Positions 63,877-64,000 of a stretch of DNA of 64,000 nt are shown here, piece by piece. This DNA is from Syntrophobacterales bacterium (GTDB lineage Bacteria; Desulfobacterota; Syntrophia; Syntrophales; UBA2192). The notes below the pieces were generated by a model, which was not told the origin of the DNA, did no database searches, and saw nothing but the letters and a program-made list of their open reading frames with translations. Made by a program: the position numbers and the translations under genes. Where the stretch lies: positions 1,091 through 65,090 of the forward strand of contig JAGPKU010000003.1 in assembly GCA_018053845.1 (NCBI GenBank), in the 5' to 3' direction. Each line of letters starts with the position of its first letter. Position 1 is the stretch's first letter.

Positions 63877-64000
63877 TGGATCCCCGGGTCCTGCGTTTCG
63901 AAGATGTTTCCCGACCGGCCCGTCAATCCATCAGTTCCGCGGTCTTCCATCTGTAGATTAAATCCTACATGTAGATAATCTCAGACACCAGCCCCAAAAA

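Overview
GC-rich chromosomal segment (G+C judged by eye, not computed) from an anaerobic bacterium. Gene content resembles syntrophic or sulfate-reducing deltaproteobacterial-type organisms, but the taxon cannot be determined from this window. I support about 60 protein genes and saw no rRNA, tRNA, CRISPR array, transposase or integrase. Product names come from motif recognition in the supplied translations; no database search was run.

Left third, mostly minus strand (Mo/W cofactor and formate metabolism): a 5'-truncated molybdopterin oxidoreductase, moeA, TPR and FmdE-like genes, and modABC. It also holds a Tat-exported selenocysteine formate dehydrogenase fdnGHI, fdhE, a second selenocysteine FDH alpha subunit with N-terminal Fe-S domains, and a short ModE-like regulator.

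Middle: a periplasmic peroxiredoxin/thioredoxin-like pair, then a roughly 19 kb nickel-centred block. That block holds membrane-bound [NiFe] hydrogenase genes (small, large, cytochrome b, protease), hypA, hypCDBFE, nikR and a frameshifted Na+/H+ antiporter. It continues with a CooC-like ATPase, a cbiM-PDGLE-cbiQ-cbiO transporter, a TonB-dependent receptor, a periplasmic cupin and tonB.

Right: two tandem cytochromes c, DUF364-mobB, trxB, lgt, cutA, SOD, a UbiA-family prenyltransferase, a PfkB kinase, a flavodoxin-like protein, nnr, a frameshifted lipoprotein gene, ispB, ppsR, rmuC, HU and recCBD. It ends with an unknown ORF, an alpha/beta hydrolase and a sigma-54 activator.

The most unusual signal is not a gene. 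It is a dispersed family of 13 short tandem arrays with a strict 7- or 8-nt period. Most are arranged as inverted purine-rich and pyrimidine-rich arms sitting on gene 3' ends, often containing the gene's own stop codon. Other points worth a second look are conserved operator-like motifs shared by the two FDH promoters and by two nickel-uptake promoters, a perfect 20-bp palindrome in the hydrogenase promoter region, and two apparent frameshifts. I found no recognisable defence, toxin or mobile system.
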